A DNA stretch of 64,000 nucleotides from Bispira polyomma (lineage: Eukaryota), in NCBI GenBank assembly GCA_965649765.1, contig OZ287750.1, forward strand, positions 7,378,001-7,442,000, written 5' to 3'. Below, one piece after another: positions 1-12,700 of this stretch; the first letter of the stretch is position 1, and every line of letters starts with the position of its first letter. The notes beneath the pieces are model-generated. The model saw only the letters and a program-made list of their open reading frames with translations, had not been told where the DNA came from and did no database searches. The position numbers and the translations under genes are program-made.

Positions 1-3000
1 CTGGCAAGTGTGTGGGTACATTCCTAGGATGTCTCTGGAGATAAATCTTACTGGTCTCTTCCATTGGGTAAGAAGCCACAGCTGTATTTAAAAACTTGTA
101 TATATATTCAACCTGCTCTACTTTTGTTTAAAATGACAATATCCCTTTACCTTAGACTCACAGTAATATATGATTACAGTTTCAAAGTTTTTAATCTCTA
201 TGTATCTTTCTTGTTTATGCATTTTAACATTTAAAAATGTTTAGAGATTTGACCCATTTTGTTTCCATACATAGGAAAACATAGGGTTATCTAAAATGTT
301 GTTATCTTGAACTGGCTGTTTTACAACAAATATTTTTTGTGGCATGGCCAGTAAAAATATCCTAGAACTTCCAGGTAAATCCCAGGCCAAGGTGATATTT
401 TTAGTCTAGGAATAACCAAGGTTTTCAATGCAGCAAATTATAAAATTCTGTAATTATGACTATTTCAGCATTAAATCTAACATGACTCTTTAATGAAAGA
501 TAAAATCTGGTACTGATAAAAGGTAATCCACCAATGACTTATTATAAATAAAAATGTCATCTTCAAACGCACTAACATTAATACAGAGGACCTGTGTTCG
601 AACACTTAGATATATACTTTATCAGAGATCTACTAATTAGGTCTTATCCCCAGCGGTAAAGAACCTGAGGAAGGATGATAAATAATATTCTTAACTTCTG
701 CTCCTAGGAATGACAGTAACAGCATGTACTGTATCACAGACAAATAAAGACACTTTGCTGAGTTTATAAACCTCTAGGCTATACAATTATAAATTGATTT
801 TACTCACTCCTAAAAGCAAAATACACAATGTGAAATAAATTAAATCAAAGATCCATTATTAAACATATCACATAAAAGATATTAAAGTATTATTTTTTTG
901 TTATCATACAAAGCTTATTTTAATAGTTTTTAATTTGTAAATAAATATTTTATAGTTTTAAAAGTTAAGTAATTTTATACTCTGTACATAAAATGAATAA
1001 CTTCCAGTATGACCGTGTACTACATATCACTTACATTGAAACAAATCCATCAGAGGGCAATTTCATGGAGAAAGGGATAAAAAGTGTAAGAACTTTATAG
1101 TCCCAAAAGAAACTAAATATATACTGACCTACAAAACTTTTGAATCACAATTGTATCCTTTAAATGAAAACGTCTTTTAAAACTACAAACCGGTTCATTA
1201 ATTTACACAAGTCTGATATAGCCTTTTGCTTTTTCGCTGTTCCTTGCATTATTCACCATGACCAATTATGATTAAACTGGTAAAAGGAAAAATATGCTAC
1301 CCGTATTTGTTCAGCTTAGTTCGTGTTTTAGAGAGAACAGTGTACATTATTTCATCAGTTATCAAAACAACTGTCTGATCACTATCCAAAATCTGTAAAA
1401 GGAATACTGAAATATTTGATAGTTGCAGATCCTAACCTTAAGTTGACTTCTCTGGGGAAAACATAATGAATTATATAATGTAAAATATATCTTTATCATT
1501 TATGTCAAATAAATGATAAATATTCTTATTTTATCGCCTTTACAAAAATACACACATTCCATTGATATTTAATAACATGTTATATAGATATGCACAAAAT
1601 GTAAACGCCAATTTAAGGGCCCCTTATGTTCTATTTGCACAACAAAAACCAATCATTACATTAATTGTGTGTATAAACAGTAGGACAATGCCAATTGATT
1701 AACAGAGTAAATCTTCCTTTAATCTACTTATGAGTAAAAGCAGAACCCATCCGTCTATCTACTCCAAATGGCAGATACATGATTTTTTTTACACATAAAT
1801 ACATATCTGAATTGCTGAAACTAACGTCAGTAAGCACGTAGTACATTTATATGTACTAACATTAGTGAGATATTTCTACTAAAAATGTACTATTCCTTTG
1901 TATGAAATCAGCTCATAAGACCAGGAGATGCTCCTATTTATTAACACTACCATGTAAATAATAATGATCGGTTTATGTGAACAAATGGAACTATCTGATT
2001 GACAGAAGCTAGTTTTTTGTATGCTCTCTTTTATTGTCACATGGAAACTTGTGGTAGAATAAAATAGTATGGCGATGTGGAATATGGTTGGTCAAACCAG
2101 CTGAACAAATCTTCATCATTATTCTAAGTACATGTACTGGAAATTTAATTCGAACCAGTAGGTTCAGTTAAATTAAACATGCACATAAATTTTACATAAT
2201 ATAACCTAGTGTTTTTATTTAATAAGTAAATGAAATGTAATTAGTACTTGTGTACTTACAGTTTCATACATATCCCGTCACCAGACACAATAAATGACTC
2301 TGAGAAGCTATTGTTCTTTTCAAAGACAGATACAGTTGCTACCCATAACAACAGTGTACAAAACCTTGTGTTGTTTCAATAAAAACACTCTTGGTCTAAT
2401 ATGAGAAGATGATTGATCTAAATTAATTGGGTATAACAGTTTATTCACTATTATTTTAAAGTAGTCACATAATATTTTATAAACAGTGTTAGTGTTATCA
2501 TAATAGAAGGAGATCAAATATAACTTTATAAAAAGCTGTGGCTGAGTAGTTACACAGATATTTAGTGGATCAGATGATAATTTATAATAGTGGCCTGGGT
2601 TTAATTTTCTGCAACAGACAGACGTTTGGGGACATTGGTGAATTATTAGTGAATTATCATCAAGCCTTTTTTTTTTCAAGTTGGGAAATTCAGTTTCTGG
2701 TGCCATTTTAATATATAAATTTAATTTCTATAGTTACTTAATTTTGAAGAAGGTTACTGTTAACTTCGTCTGTGTATTATATAACCAGTAGTGTTCAATT
2801 AAACTAACCTTTTATCATCCAAATGAATTTTTGTACTCTCTCTTTAAGAAAAAAGTTCTAATATTTAATTTCTTACTTACCTAACAGAACAATATGACTT
2901 GCATGCTATGTAAATAAATAGTTTGATCATTTGGTACTTAACGAAAAAAAAAAGAATTAAAAAAATAAGCACACAATAATTCAGGATTACATGTAGGTTG

Positions 3001-3619
3001 TGTATTCAAGTTGATATTTATTTAGTATAAATACAGCTACTTGTGTCAGCAAGTCTAAATATTCATTTAAAGAATCCGTGATAAAAAATGTAATATACCA
3101 GTTGGAGTCAGTTGGATGACCTATCAATACAATATAAGGCATATCCACAGTCATCATATGTTTAAGTAAAACAAATCACTTCTTTACTTCTTCACACAAG
3201 ATAATATTTTCATGTATCTCTGGTTACTTTGTTAACAAAGTGGCAATTGTGTCCAATTAAATAGTAGATATATTAAGGAAACCCCTAAGCAGGTCAAATA
3301 TTACAAAACCACTTGGAAAGATCTAATCAGAATAGCTATATAAACAACATGTATTAAGCATACTTTGCCAATCACTTTCGTATGGTGACATTTTTGGACA
3401 CAAAATCAATGACAACAGCCCTGTGTAAAATTACTCTCATTCCTAAAACAATAGCTTCTTTTGCCTTTCATAACATTTGGACAGTGATATATATGACATT
3501 TTAACTGAAACAGATTAAAATGGAAAAAATTAAGGATGATATTTATATGAAGACATAAGATTGGTATTTTGCCCCATATCTTTCCTCTTACAGTAGTTCC
3601 TATAATACCAGATGCAGTC

Positions 3620-3968
3620 AGAGTGGTAGTAATTTCCTTGTAGTTCCAAAGTTCCACCCGTCTCCTCAAAAGTCAGTTAAACAGTTTGGTCACAGCTTTG
3701 CTTTTGATGCTCCCATTGTTCGGAATGCTCTTCCAGGTGTGATTCATGCTTCCCCCTCACTAGCCTCTTTTAAAAAGCAGCTAAAAACCCACTTGTACAC
3801 CAAAGCATACCCACCTCAGTCTCAATCATCCCACGGCGCATTCTGGGGTTTCCACCCTTTTCTGTCCCTTGATATTGGAAATTGGATTACTGTCTTTTGT
3901 GCTGTTGTGACTTAGAGTCCCCTTCGTTCAGGGAAGATCAGGCGCTATAAAAATCGAATTACAATTGG
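3620..3968 (+). mobile_element. 3' fragment of an L2/CR1-group LINE
   Basis: Translates to FLVVPKFHPS..KQFGHSFAFDAPIVRNALP..HASPSLASFKKQLKTHLYTKAY, the typical L2 ORF2 C-terminus, followed by a short 3' UTR. Confidence 0.7.
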
Positions 3969-6079
3969 AGGAAACTTCATATGTTTATGGTTCACCTTCA
4001 TTTTAGCATTGCCTCACTGTACAGTTGTGCTGGGTACCTTATCTTTTTGTAATTTCTTTTCATATAGATATAGGTTGTTTCTGCACATCCAGTTTGCTTA
4101 AATACCCTATCACTATTTATCTGCCTTTACCTTGAATTAAACTAACGTCCTCTGAGTCCCAATGTGAGTCCTACTCTCTAGGCCACAGTGCCGGACAATG
4201 ATCAAAATGTATGCATTAAATTACGAGACATGTAAAAACAATGAAATAAAATATAAGTTTAAGTCTCTCTTCGTCAAATAATTCAGGAATGTAATAGATG
4301 GCAATCTTTACTATAAGAGTATTAGATGGCTAAATCACCGAAACATATATGAGCTTAAATTACCTAGGTTCAATGACCTATGTTAACTGGTCTTTACCTT
4401 AAAAATGACCTTGAATATTTTTTATTAAATGCAAAGGATTTATAAGAACTAATGTTAATTTGGGCTCAAGTTATCACCTACATAAGGTTGTTAGTTTAAC
4501 ATAAAATACTACAAAGTATAAATTTGCTCTGCCATGAAAGACAAAAACACTAAAACACATACTAGCAAATTGGGACATACTGACCCCACCAGTATAAGAC
4601 TGATTGTTACAGAAATTAAAATATCACAGATAGGTAACATGTGACAACCAAGAGATAAATAAACAAATTCCATGAACTGAATTGAGGGCTGTCCACTTAC
4701 AACCCAATAACAGACTGATCAAGAGCACCTACTTTAGTCGCTACAGTCTTTACAAGAAGAATACAAGATGACTGGACCACCAAAGCATTTGACCTTGAAT
4801 AGTCTAAAACCAGTGGTATAAGTTACTTAAGCCATCCGTATAACCTTGATTTTTTTATATAAATAAAAAAAAAGGTTAAAAACCTGACACCTGCATAACA
4901 CAGTTAGATAAAACATAAATTGTTACAGAATATAAATATCTGTATGAAGAGACACTAAAATATCCCAGAATTTGAATTTTACATAAATATGTTGTTTAGT
5001 GTTTGAGTCCCTCTCCATCACCTTTATGTGATACTAGAGATATTATAAAAAATTTGCATAAAATGGAAAGATTGATGCAAAAAAAAAACATAAACCAATT
5101 TTGAATGTAATATGTCTAACACTTGTAACAACACTAATCCAGGTTACTGTTTCTCAAGTTACTGGTTTTGACTATTTTCAGTAAGTTTCTTTGAAACTAG
5201 CATCAATCACATTGTAGTGTACACAAATCTGCGATAAGTTGCATGCTGACTTATGTTTTTGCAACAGCATATCATTGTTGCATTAGTTTATTCTCAAATT
5301 TTTACACAAAAAAGCACGACCACTTTTGTCAGATTTTTACTATTATCTTGTCAGGTTTTAGTCATTGAAAACTTTTATTGTGTGCAAATCTATTATATCC
5401 TTTTGTTTACTTTTCTTATAACGGTGTGTAGTATGGGTTTATTTGAACTTAAGTTACCAACAAAGGAAGAGTTGCATTATAAAGCCATCACATTGGTAGC
5501 CTATGTGTTTTTATTTGTGATATATATCATGTAGAGTTATTTTTCTCTGATATATATTGCAGTCACATTTAAGTAAACAGTTATGCTATTTATTATAGTA
5601 CATAATCTACCACATTGATCGTGTACGCATGTGTAGCATTTAGTGTGTGTCTTAAAAACACTAAACTGGAGCCGGGTTTTTATGTTTATTGCAATTTAAT
5701 ATCAAAATCATCATTTTGTTTTTCTTATTTTTGTGAATGAAATACTGATCTTTACAATATGTGGCTGTGGTTTTACAAAATATAAACTATGGTTTCACTT
5801 GAAACTATGTGCCGTTTAAACTACACGCTAATGGTAGAAGTGCAACACTAACATTCCTATACAACACATTCATATAGCGCCCTATCCATTTTTAGAAATG
5901 CTCTAAAACGCTAAAGGCTAAAATTTGTTATTACAAAGTTATTTTGACATTTTAATATATTTCGCAAGCTGTTTATAAAAGATGTGTTTTAAGTTGAGCC
6001 ATGAAGGACTCTATGGTCTTAGCATGTTTGACATTTTCTGGCAAATCATTTCATAATGCAGCTGCAGATTTTTTGAAAC

Positions 6080-6265
6080 ATCAGTTGCCATAGGTCTTTG
6101 TTGATTCCTATGTGGGAAAGGTGGTAGCTCCTTAATGTGGGCCGCTGGTTTCGGTGCAGAACCTTGATCAACTGTATGCAGTGTTTCATCCAGCGTTTCC
6201 AACTACCCGTCCCAATATAACCTACACAGGTTCTAGAGTGGACGTTAAATATCCAAATTCAAAGG
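6080..6265 (+). mobile_element. Degenerate SINE copy
   Basis: Shares ATGTGGGAAAG..GCTGGTTT..AGAACCTTGA..AACT..GTTAAA..CCAAATTCAAA segments with the SINE copies at 24315, 31358 and 32215. Confidence 0.5.
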
Positions 6266-6788
6266 TCTTAGTTGAAACATCTATGGCCATCGGCCTTTGT
6301 TTTGTATTCACTGTAGATATATTGAATTTCTATTTACTGCTATTTTTGTCTTAGAATTTTAAATCCTATCTACACTGAGGAAGTAAGATAATTTTGATGT
6401 AAATATCTAACTATGACAATTGAAAAGCATTAAATGCCAAATGAAAATATTAATATATTATATAGCCATACCGCAAACGTATTACAGTTTAAAATTTTAT
6501 TTTACAACTACAATTTACTTACACCATTGACAGTATTTGCACATAAACTTCAGGCAGTTGAATATCCCTAAAATACTTTGCGATTCTTCGGTTGGTTTAC
6601 GGGATAATTGTGCGCGGTTTACTATGTACCGCAGGTGTAAAAAGCCTGCAGCTGAAAATCAGTTTATCGATATCCGACTTAACATTCCACAAACAAATGA
6701 AGTTTGTTGGCTAGATTTTTTTAATATTTTTGTTTGTCTGCTCTTAGATTTGTAGAGAAAGCTACAAAGATTAAACCAAGTTACAAAA

Positions 6789-9700
6789 ATGCAGTTGAAG
6801 CATATGAAGAATATCTTGCCTCCCCAGGTAACAACGAATAATTTTTAAAAGTTTACTTGGACTGCTTGTTTCGTTAGTAACAATTCTAGATTTGGCTGAC
6901 CAGTGTTTATAATTTGTCCCTGTACCTTATATTTCGTACAAATTTTTATCTGTCAGAATGAAGCTCATAACTTTTTTCATATTTTTTTTGAAAGTGTTAT
7001 TTAGTTTGAATGCAGTTTGCCACTACACGGGTGGCGCTGTCTTCGGCCTACCCTTGGCGTCGGCGACCCAGTAAAATCAGTAGAAACTAAATGTAAACAT
7101 CAAAGTGGTAGACGTGGTTACCGCTGCGATGGTCAGTTAGCTGTCTTATCGCCGTGGCACGAACCCACATAAAACTGGAGATTTCTAAAAACTTTTAAAA
7201 AAAATTTTTCAATTTTTTTTTTTTTTTCAAGTTTTTCATTTTTGGTTTTCTGTTTTAAAATATCTCCAGTTTTATGTGGGCTCGTGCCACAGCGATAAGA
7301 CAGCTAACTGACAATTGCCGCGGTAACCACGTCTATCAAAGTGGCTGATATGATATCAAAGACATACACATTTTTATTAGACCAGAATGGGGTACCACCA
7401 TTATAAATAGTAGATGAGTTTTCTGTCCTCGCTGATGATTTGATTTACTTACATTTCAACCCTTTTTTCTGAGATCGTTCGACCGGTTTTGTATTTTTTT
7501 GGTTGGACCTCAAATTCGTAGGTCGATTATTTATTAATAACTCAGAAATGATTGAAGGTAAAAAATATGGTGAGAAAGCTTATTTTATTGTGGTTGTTGT
7601 ATGTTTTGTTGCATCAAAATCCGTTGAGAAATGGATGAGATTTTTAACTTTAAGGATGGGTAGCCATTTTTATATTTGTTTATGTTTACCATCTTCATTC
7701 TTCAGTTTCTAAATTTCCCTTATTTGGAAGTGATTAGCTGGAAATACCATTACTAGACGCCACAGATATAAGGTAATATATGTGAGCGATTACTGCCGAG
7801 TCAAAAGTCAGAAACAGTTAAATATCCTTATATGGAAGTTGGTGCTTGGGGGTGCTCCTAACGATGATAGATTGGCTAATTTGCATCAAATTCTTCCATT
7901 GTCGCTCATACACACGTGCTTCACTTCCGAGATAAACATCAGTCACAGACATAATACAAACTGTCCTCATTGACAAAATATATCTATCACGTAACTACCG
8001 TGATATATACTGGCCAGTGATTGCTCCATTAAACAAGCATTTACACGTGGAAATAGTTTCGTCTTAAATAAAAAGGTCTGCAGATTTAACACTTTCTTTA
8101 TCTCTTAAATAGACTAATAATGTACCTTTATTTCACGTAAAATACATTTAAAAAAATAAATAAGGTTGAATCATCTTGAAAAAAGAGGGTCGAAACGTAC
8201 CGAAGGTCGAAACATCTAGTAATCGACGGTACACACAACGAGGGATAGAGTTGTTTACTATAGCAAATCATTGTAAATCAGCAGTTTTTTATGTTCTCTT
8301 CAACGGGAAATATATGGCAATATTTTCCAATAATGATATTTATGTAAATAAGTCTTTGGCCATAAGGTATAATATTGTGTACGGGTCTTACGGCTGTTTG
8401 ATTAATCAATATACAACGACAGACTATAAATGGAAAGATGATGATTTTTCTGTTGTAGGTACCGTTTCACATTTACAACAATTTGGTATAGTAATTAAGC
8501 CACTCTGTCGCCAACAGTCGCAAATCAGTAAAAAAAAAAAAAAGGCGTTTCAGCGACAGACAACAATTTCGCTCCAAGTAAATAGACGTTTCACTCTGTT
8601 TGGTACAGTCATATATCGTTATTTCAACACATATATTAAAAAATAGCTAATTACTTATTAATAACCCTGAAATTACTGAATTTCAAGATTTCGTGAAAAT
8701 ATTGTGAGTAATTTTATTTGATCTTGATTAATGTGCTCTTTGTTCTATCAAAATCTATTGAGAAATAGATGAGATATTTAAGGTTAAATACAGGTATACC
8801 CAGTTTTATATTGTTTATCTTTATCATCTTACATTATGGCCCCCGTCATCTAGTAATTTATGTGAAAACTAGAGAACATGTGCGCATTTTTAAAAACACA
8901 AATGTAGTCAAGGAAATTACTGTTTGCTTCCTTCGGACATTTCTTATTAAAAACTTTAACAAAACATGATAAATAACAGGCTAAATTTAAAGTAAACAAT
9001 TTATGTACACTGCTTTATGTTTTCCTTTAATTATGAAGATGAATTACAATATTTAAACACAAAAACCATATATTCAAAACATGGAACAAATCCTCCATAC
9101 ATTCTTTATTCTTCCGTGGAGCGAAACCTCCTGTATTCACTCTGCACATTTTGGGCATAAGGGCGCAATATGGGCATACCAACATTTTTTAACAATAACT
9201 TTTTCATTTTAAGAGAAGGTTATTTGTCATGCAGACATTTATCAAGAAAAACAAAACAAAAATAAGACATTATTATGGGTATTCCCATATCACGCCCTAA
9301 TGCGCAACGTAGCAGAAGTTGTGTTATATGCCAATTAATGACTACTAATTGATGTCTGCCTTGTAAAGGATTGCAAGTATTGTTTTAACAAGAAAAAAAA
9401 CCCCATATATAATGGCTCACCATGTTTTCGGCCTATTAAGCAAATAATTATAGTAAATTATTGTATGTTCGGCCTACCTCATATTTTCGGCCCATATTAC
9501 GTTTTTTGTATTAAATAGAGGTTAAACTAAATTATTATCTGCAAACAAACAGATGCTTTTCCAATGTTGGTCTCATTAAAGTGAACCAGTATGAGTTTAT
9601 TTTGCAAAATAAATCATTAAAGTGAACCAGCATGAGTTTATTTTGCAAAATAAACTGATACTGGTTCAATTTAATAAAACAAATAAAACATTTGTATACC

Positions 9701-12700
9701 AAAATGTTGTGATTCATGTTTTTGTTGTCTTTTGTTGGAATTACGGTTTTGCTCTAAATGCACTAAAAAAAAAATACACAAAAGAATTGATCTTACAATG
9801 TCTAAATAAAATTAAATTACTCCTAAAATATAATAGAATAATGTGACTTTTAGAACATCAAACAAGAACTTTTATAGCACTTACAAGCTCTTAGATATTG
9901 TCTTGTAGTGTTATTATTTGTAGGTTATATAGTTTATAGGACAGGAATATTAAATTAATTACTTTCCTTATACTATTGTGAACTGTTCAAATGTCTCGAG
10001 TACTGACTCCTTTTAAGTTTCCAACTGAAAATTTCTCAGCTATTATATAATATTTTTTATTCTGTTTAATAGGAGCTTTTTAGTGATACTAAAACAAAGT
10101 ATTCGTATAGATACAGCCATTTACAGCACATTTTCAGAGCAAAACCTCTATATACTTGGAACAAGTCCTCTGTAGAGCGAAACCTCCACAAATAATGTTA
10201 ATTGTTTAATTTGTAATATTCACTATGTTCCTAAAACACCTGACATTGTATGGTGAAGCTTAAAACAAATTTCTTTCAGGAGGGTGCTGCAAAGATTTGC
10301 AGTATGGCATGGTCTCCAAATAACAATAAACTAGCCGTCTGCACATATGACAGAGTCATCCTGCTGTATGATGAGCAAGGTGAAAGACGAGACAAGTTTG
10401 CAACAAAACCATCAGATTCCAAGTATGGGAAGAAAAGTTACATGGTGAAAGGAATGGCATTTTCCCCTTGTTCTACAAAAATTGCCATTGGACAGACGGA
10501 TAATATCATCTTTGTGTACAAGATTGGAGAGGAATGGTAATTATAGACTTATGTAATATTAAAGGTTGTTCGGTAAAGCAATCTAGTGATGTCACATTGT
10601 ATTTTTTATTCATGTAGTCTAAAGAGAATGTTGATGGAATAACAACTCCTGTTTTCTTCTATTTTTTGTGACTGTAATGGCATTTTCTGTTGTGAACATC
10701 TGAATCACAATTGAAGGTATTAAAGGCTCACAGAGTGGCAACAAACTTTCAAAATTTGTGTCATCATTGCAATTTGCAATAAGGATCCACAGTGGTTATA
10801 AGCATCTATTGTAATATTACTTCGCACCTCAGCAACAGTAGACTAAAATCCTACTGCTTCCTTTATGTGCAAAGATTTCGTAAGTCAGTAGTTTAAAACT
10901 ACTGACTTACGAAATCTTTCCACATGAAATTAACTACTAGTTTTACAGTGCAAATAATACTGGTTGCCTTCATCAATAAATATAGTCATCACAATATGAC
11001 CGAAGATGTTGAATGTGACATTTAAACTCAATTAATTTGCAATTAAAATTCAAACTTTGTTTTAACTGCTGTGTAATAGAGAAAATTGTAAATTTTGCAT
11101 GTGTTAAACCAATAAATTGAAATTATTAGATGTTGGTTTGTGGTAAAGTTTTATATACATGTTCTGTAATAGTATTTCAGAAAATTAAAACTAGCTAACT
11201 TTGTTTAGGGGTGACAAGAAGACTATTTGCAACAAGTTTGTCCAGCAGAGTGCAGTGACGTGTTTAATATGGCCACCGGAGCAGCAGATTATATTTGGCA
11301 CAGCAGATGGGAAAGTAGGTTATGTGAAATATCTATATGGGTGCACTAAATCTAGGTTGAAGTATGTCATTTGCATCGATCATCGCATAAATAATTGTCC
11401 ACACTAAAAAAAAGTAAATAGTGTTAATTTGTTAACTACATCTTCTTGCTGTTATGTATATATGTTATTTGCCAAAAAAATAAGATCTTACAAAGTAGTT
11501 TTTGCATAAGTATTTTCAATTGTACTTGACCGCCAACCCTGTTATTTGATACATGCATCTATTACTTAGTTGTTTGCCACTGTATAATTTCAAGGATCAA
11601 ACAACCTTATCAGAAAGTCTTTGTTAGAAAATTGGTTAACTGTGCAATGTCTGTAGATTTTTAAAAAAATGTTAATTCATATTAAATTTTTGTTTTCTAG
11701 GTGCGACTTGCAAATTCAAAGACCAACAAATCCTCCACTATCTACAATACAGACTCTTATGTGGTGGCTGTGACACAGAAGTGAGTACAGTTAACCATGG
11801 GGTCATGTAGAGTTAATATTCGTGCAACATAATTTCACAAAAAGGGTTATTTATTGTATAAAGATTTGAAATATATTTTTGGTTTTGTCGTGTGGTTGAT
11901 AAATGTATAGGTGTAAAGATTTGGGAAATTACTTTTACCATTGTATGTATATTTTACATTAGCTTCTGACTTTTGACAAATGAGACGCTACCATTTTTGC
12001 CTTTGTGGCTACTTACAAGATACACATGTATTTGGTGTGGGTCAATGCTCAAACACAGTAGAACTCTTCTTATTTAAACTTCTGTTATCCCATTTAAACT
12101 TCTGTTATCCCATTTAAACGTCTGTTATCCCATCTAAAACGTCTGTTATCCCATTTAAACTTATGTTATCCCATTTAACTGTTATCCTATTTAAACTTTT
12201 GTTCCCATTTAAACGTCTGTTATCCCATCTAAAACGTCTGTTATCCCATTTAAACTTATGTTATCCCATTTAAGTGTTATCCTATTTAAACTTCTGTTAT
12301 CCCATTTAAACGTCTGTTATCCCATCTAAAACGTCTGTTATCCCATTTAAACTTATCTTATCCCATTTAACTGTTATCCTATTTAAACTTTTGTTCCCAT
12401 TTAAACGTCTGTTATGCCATCTAAAACGTCTGTTATCCCATTTAAACTTATGTTATCCCATTTAAGTGTTATCCTATTTAAACTTCTGTTATCCTATTTA
12501 AACTTCTGTTATACCATTTAAACTTCTGTTATCCCAAAATTTGTCTTTGCAAACTCAATTTAAAGTCCTATCGATTTATTTAAATGCCTCTTATTTTATG
12601 ATCATTCCATTAGAAGAACATATCCCTCTTCTAGGTTGGATATTAACACTAAAACCTCTGAAGAGTAAACACCTCCCTATGGCGAACCCTTTTTCCCCAC

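Noticed and set aside
2320-2706. 128-aa minus-strand ORF
   Set aside because: No recognisable domain, AT-rich, and not joinable in frame to nearby splice sites.
8176-8646. 156-aa ORF in intron 1
   Set aside because: TTG start, crosses a poly-A run, and has no recognisable homology.
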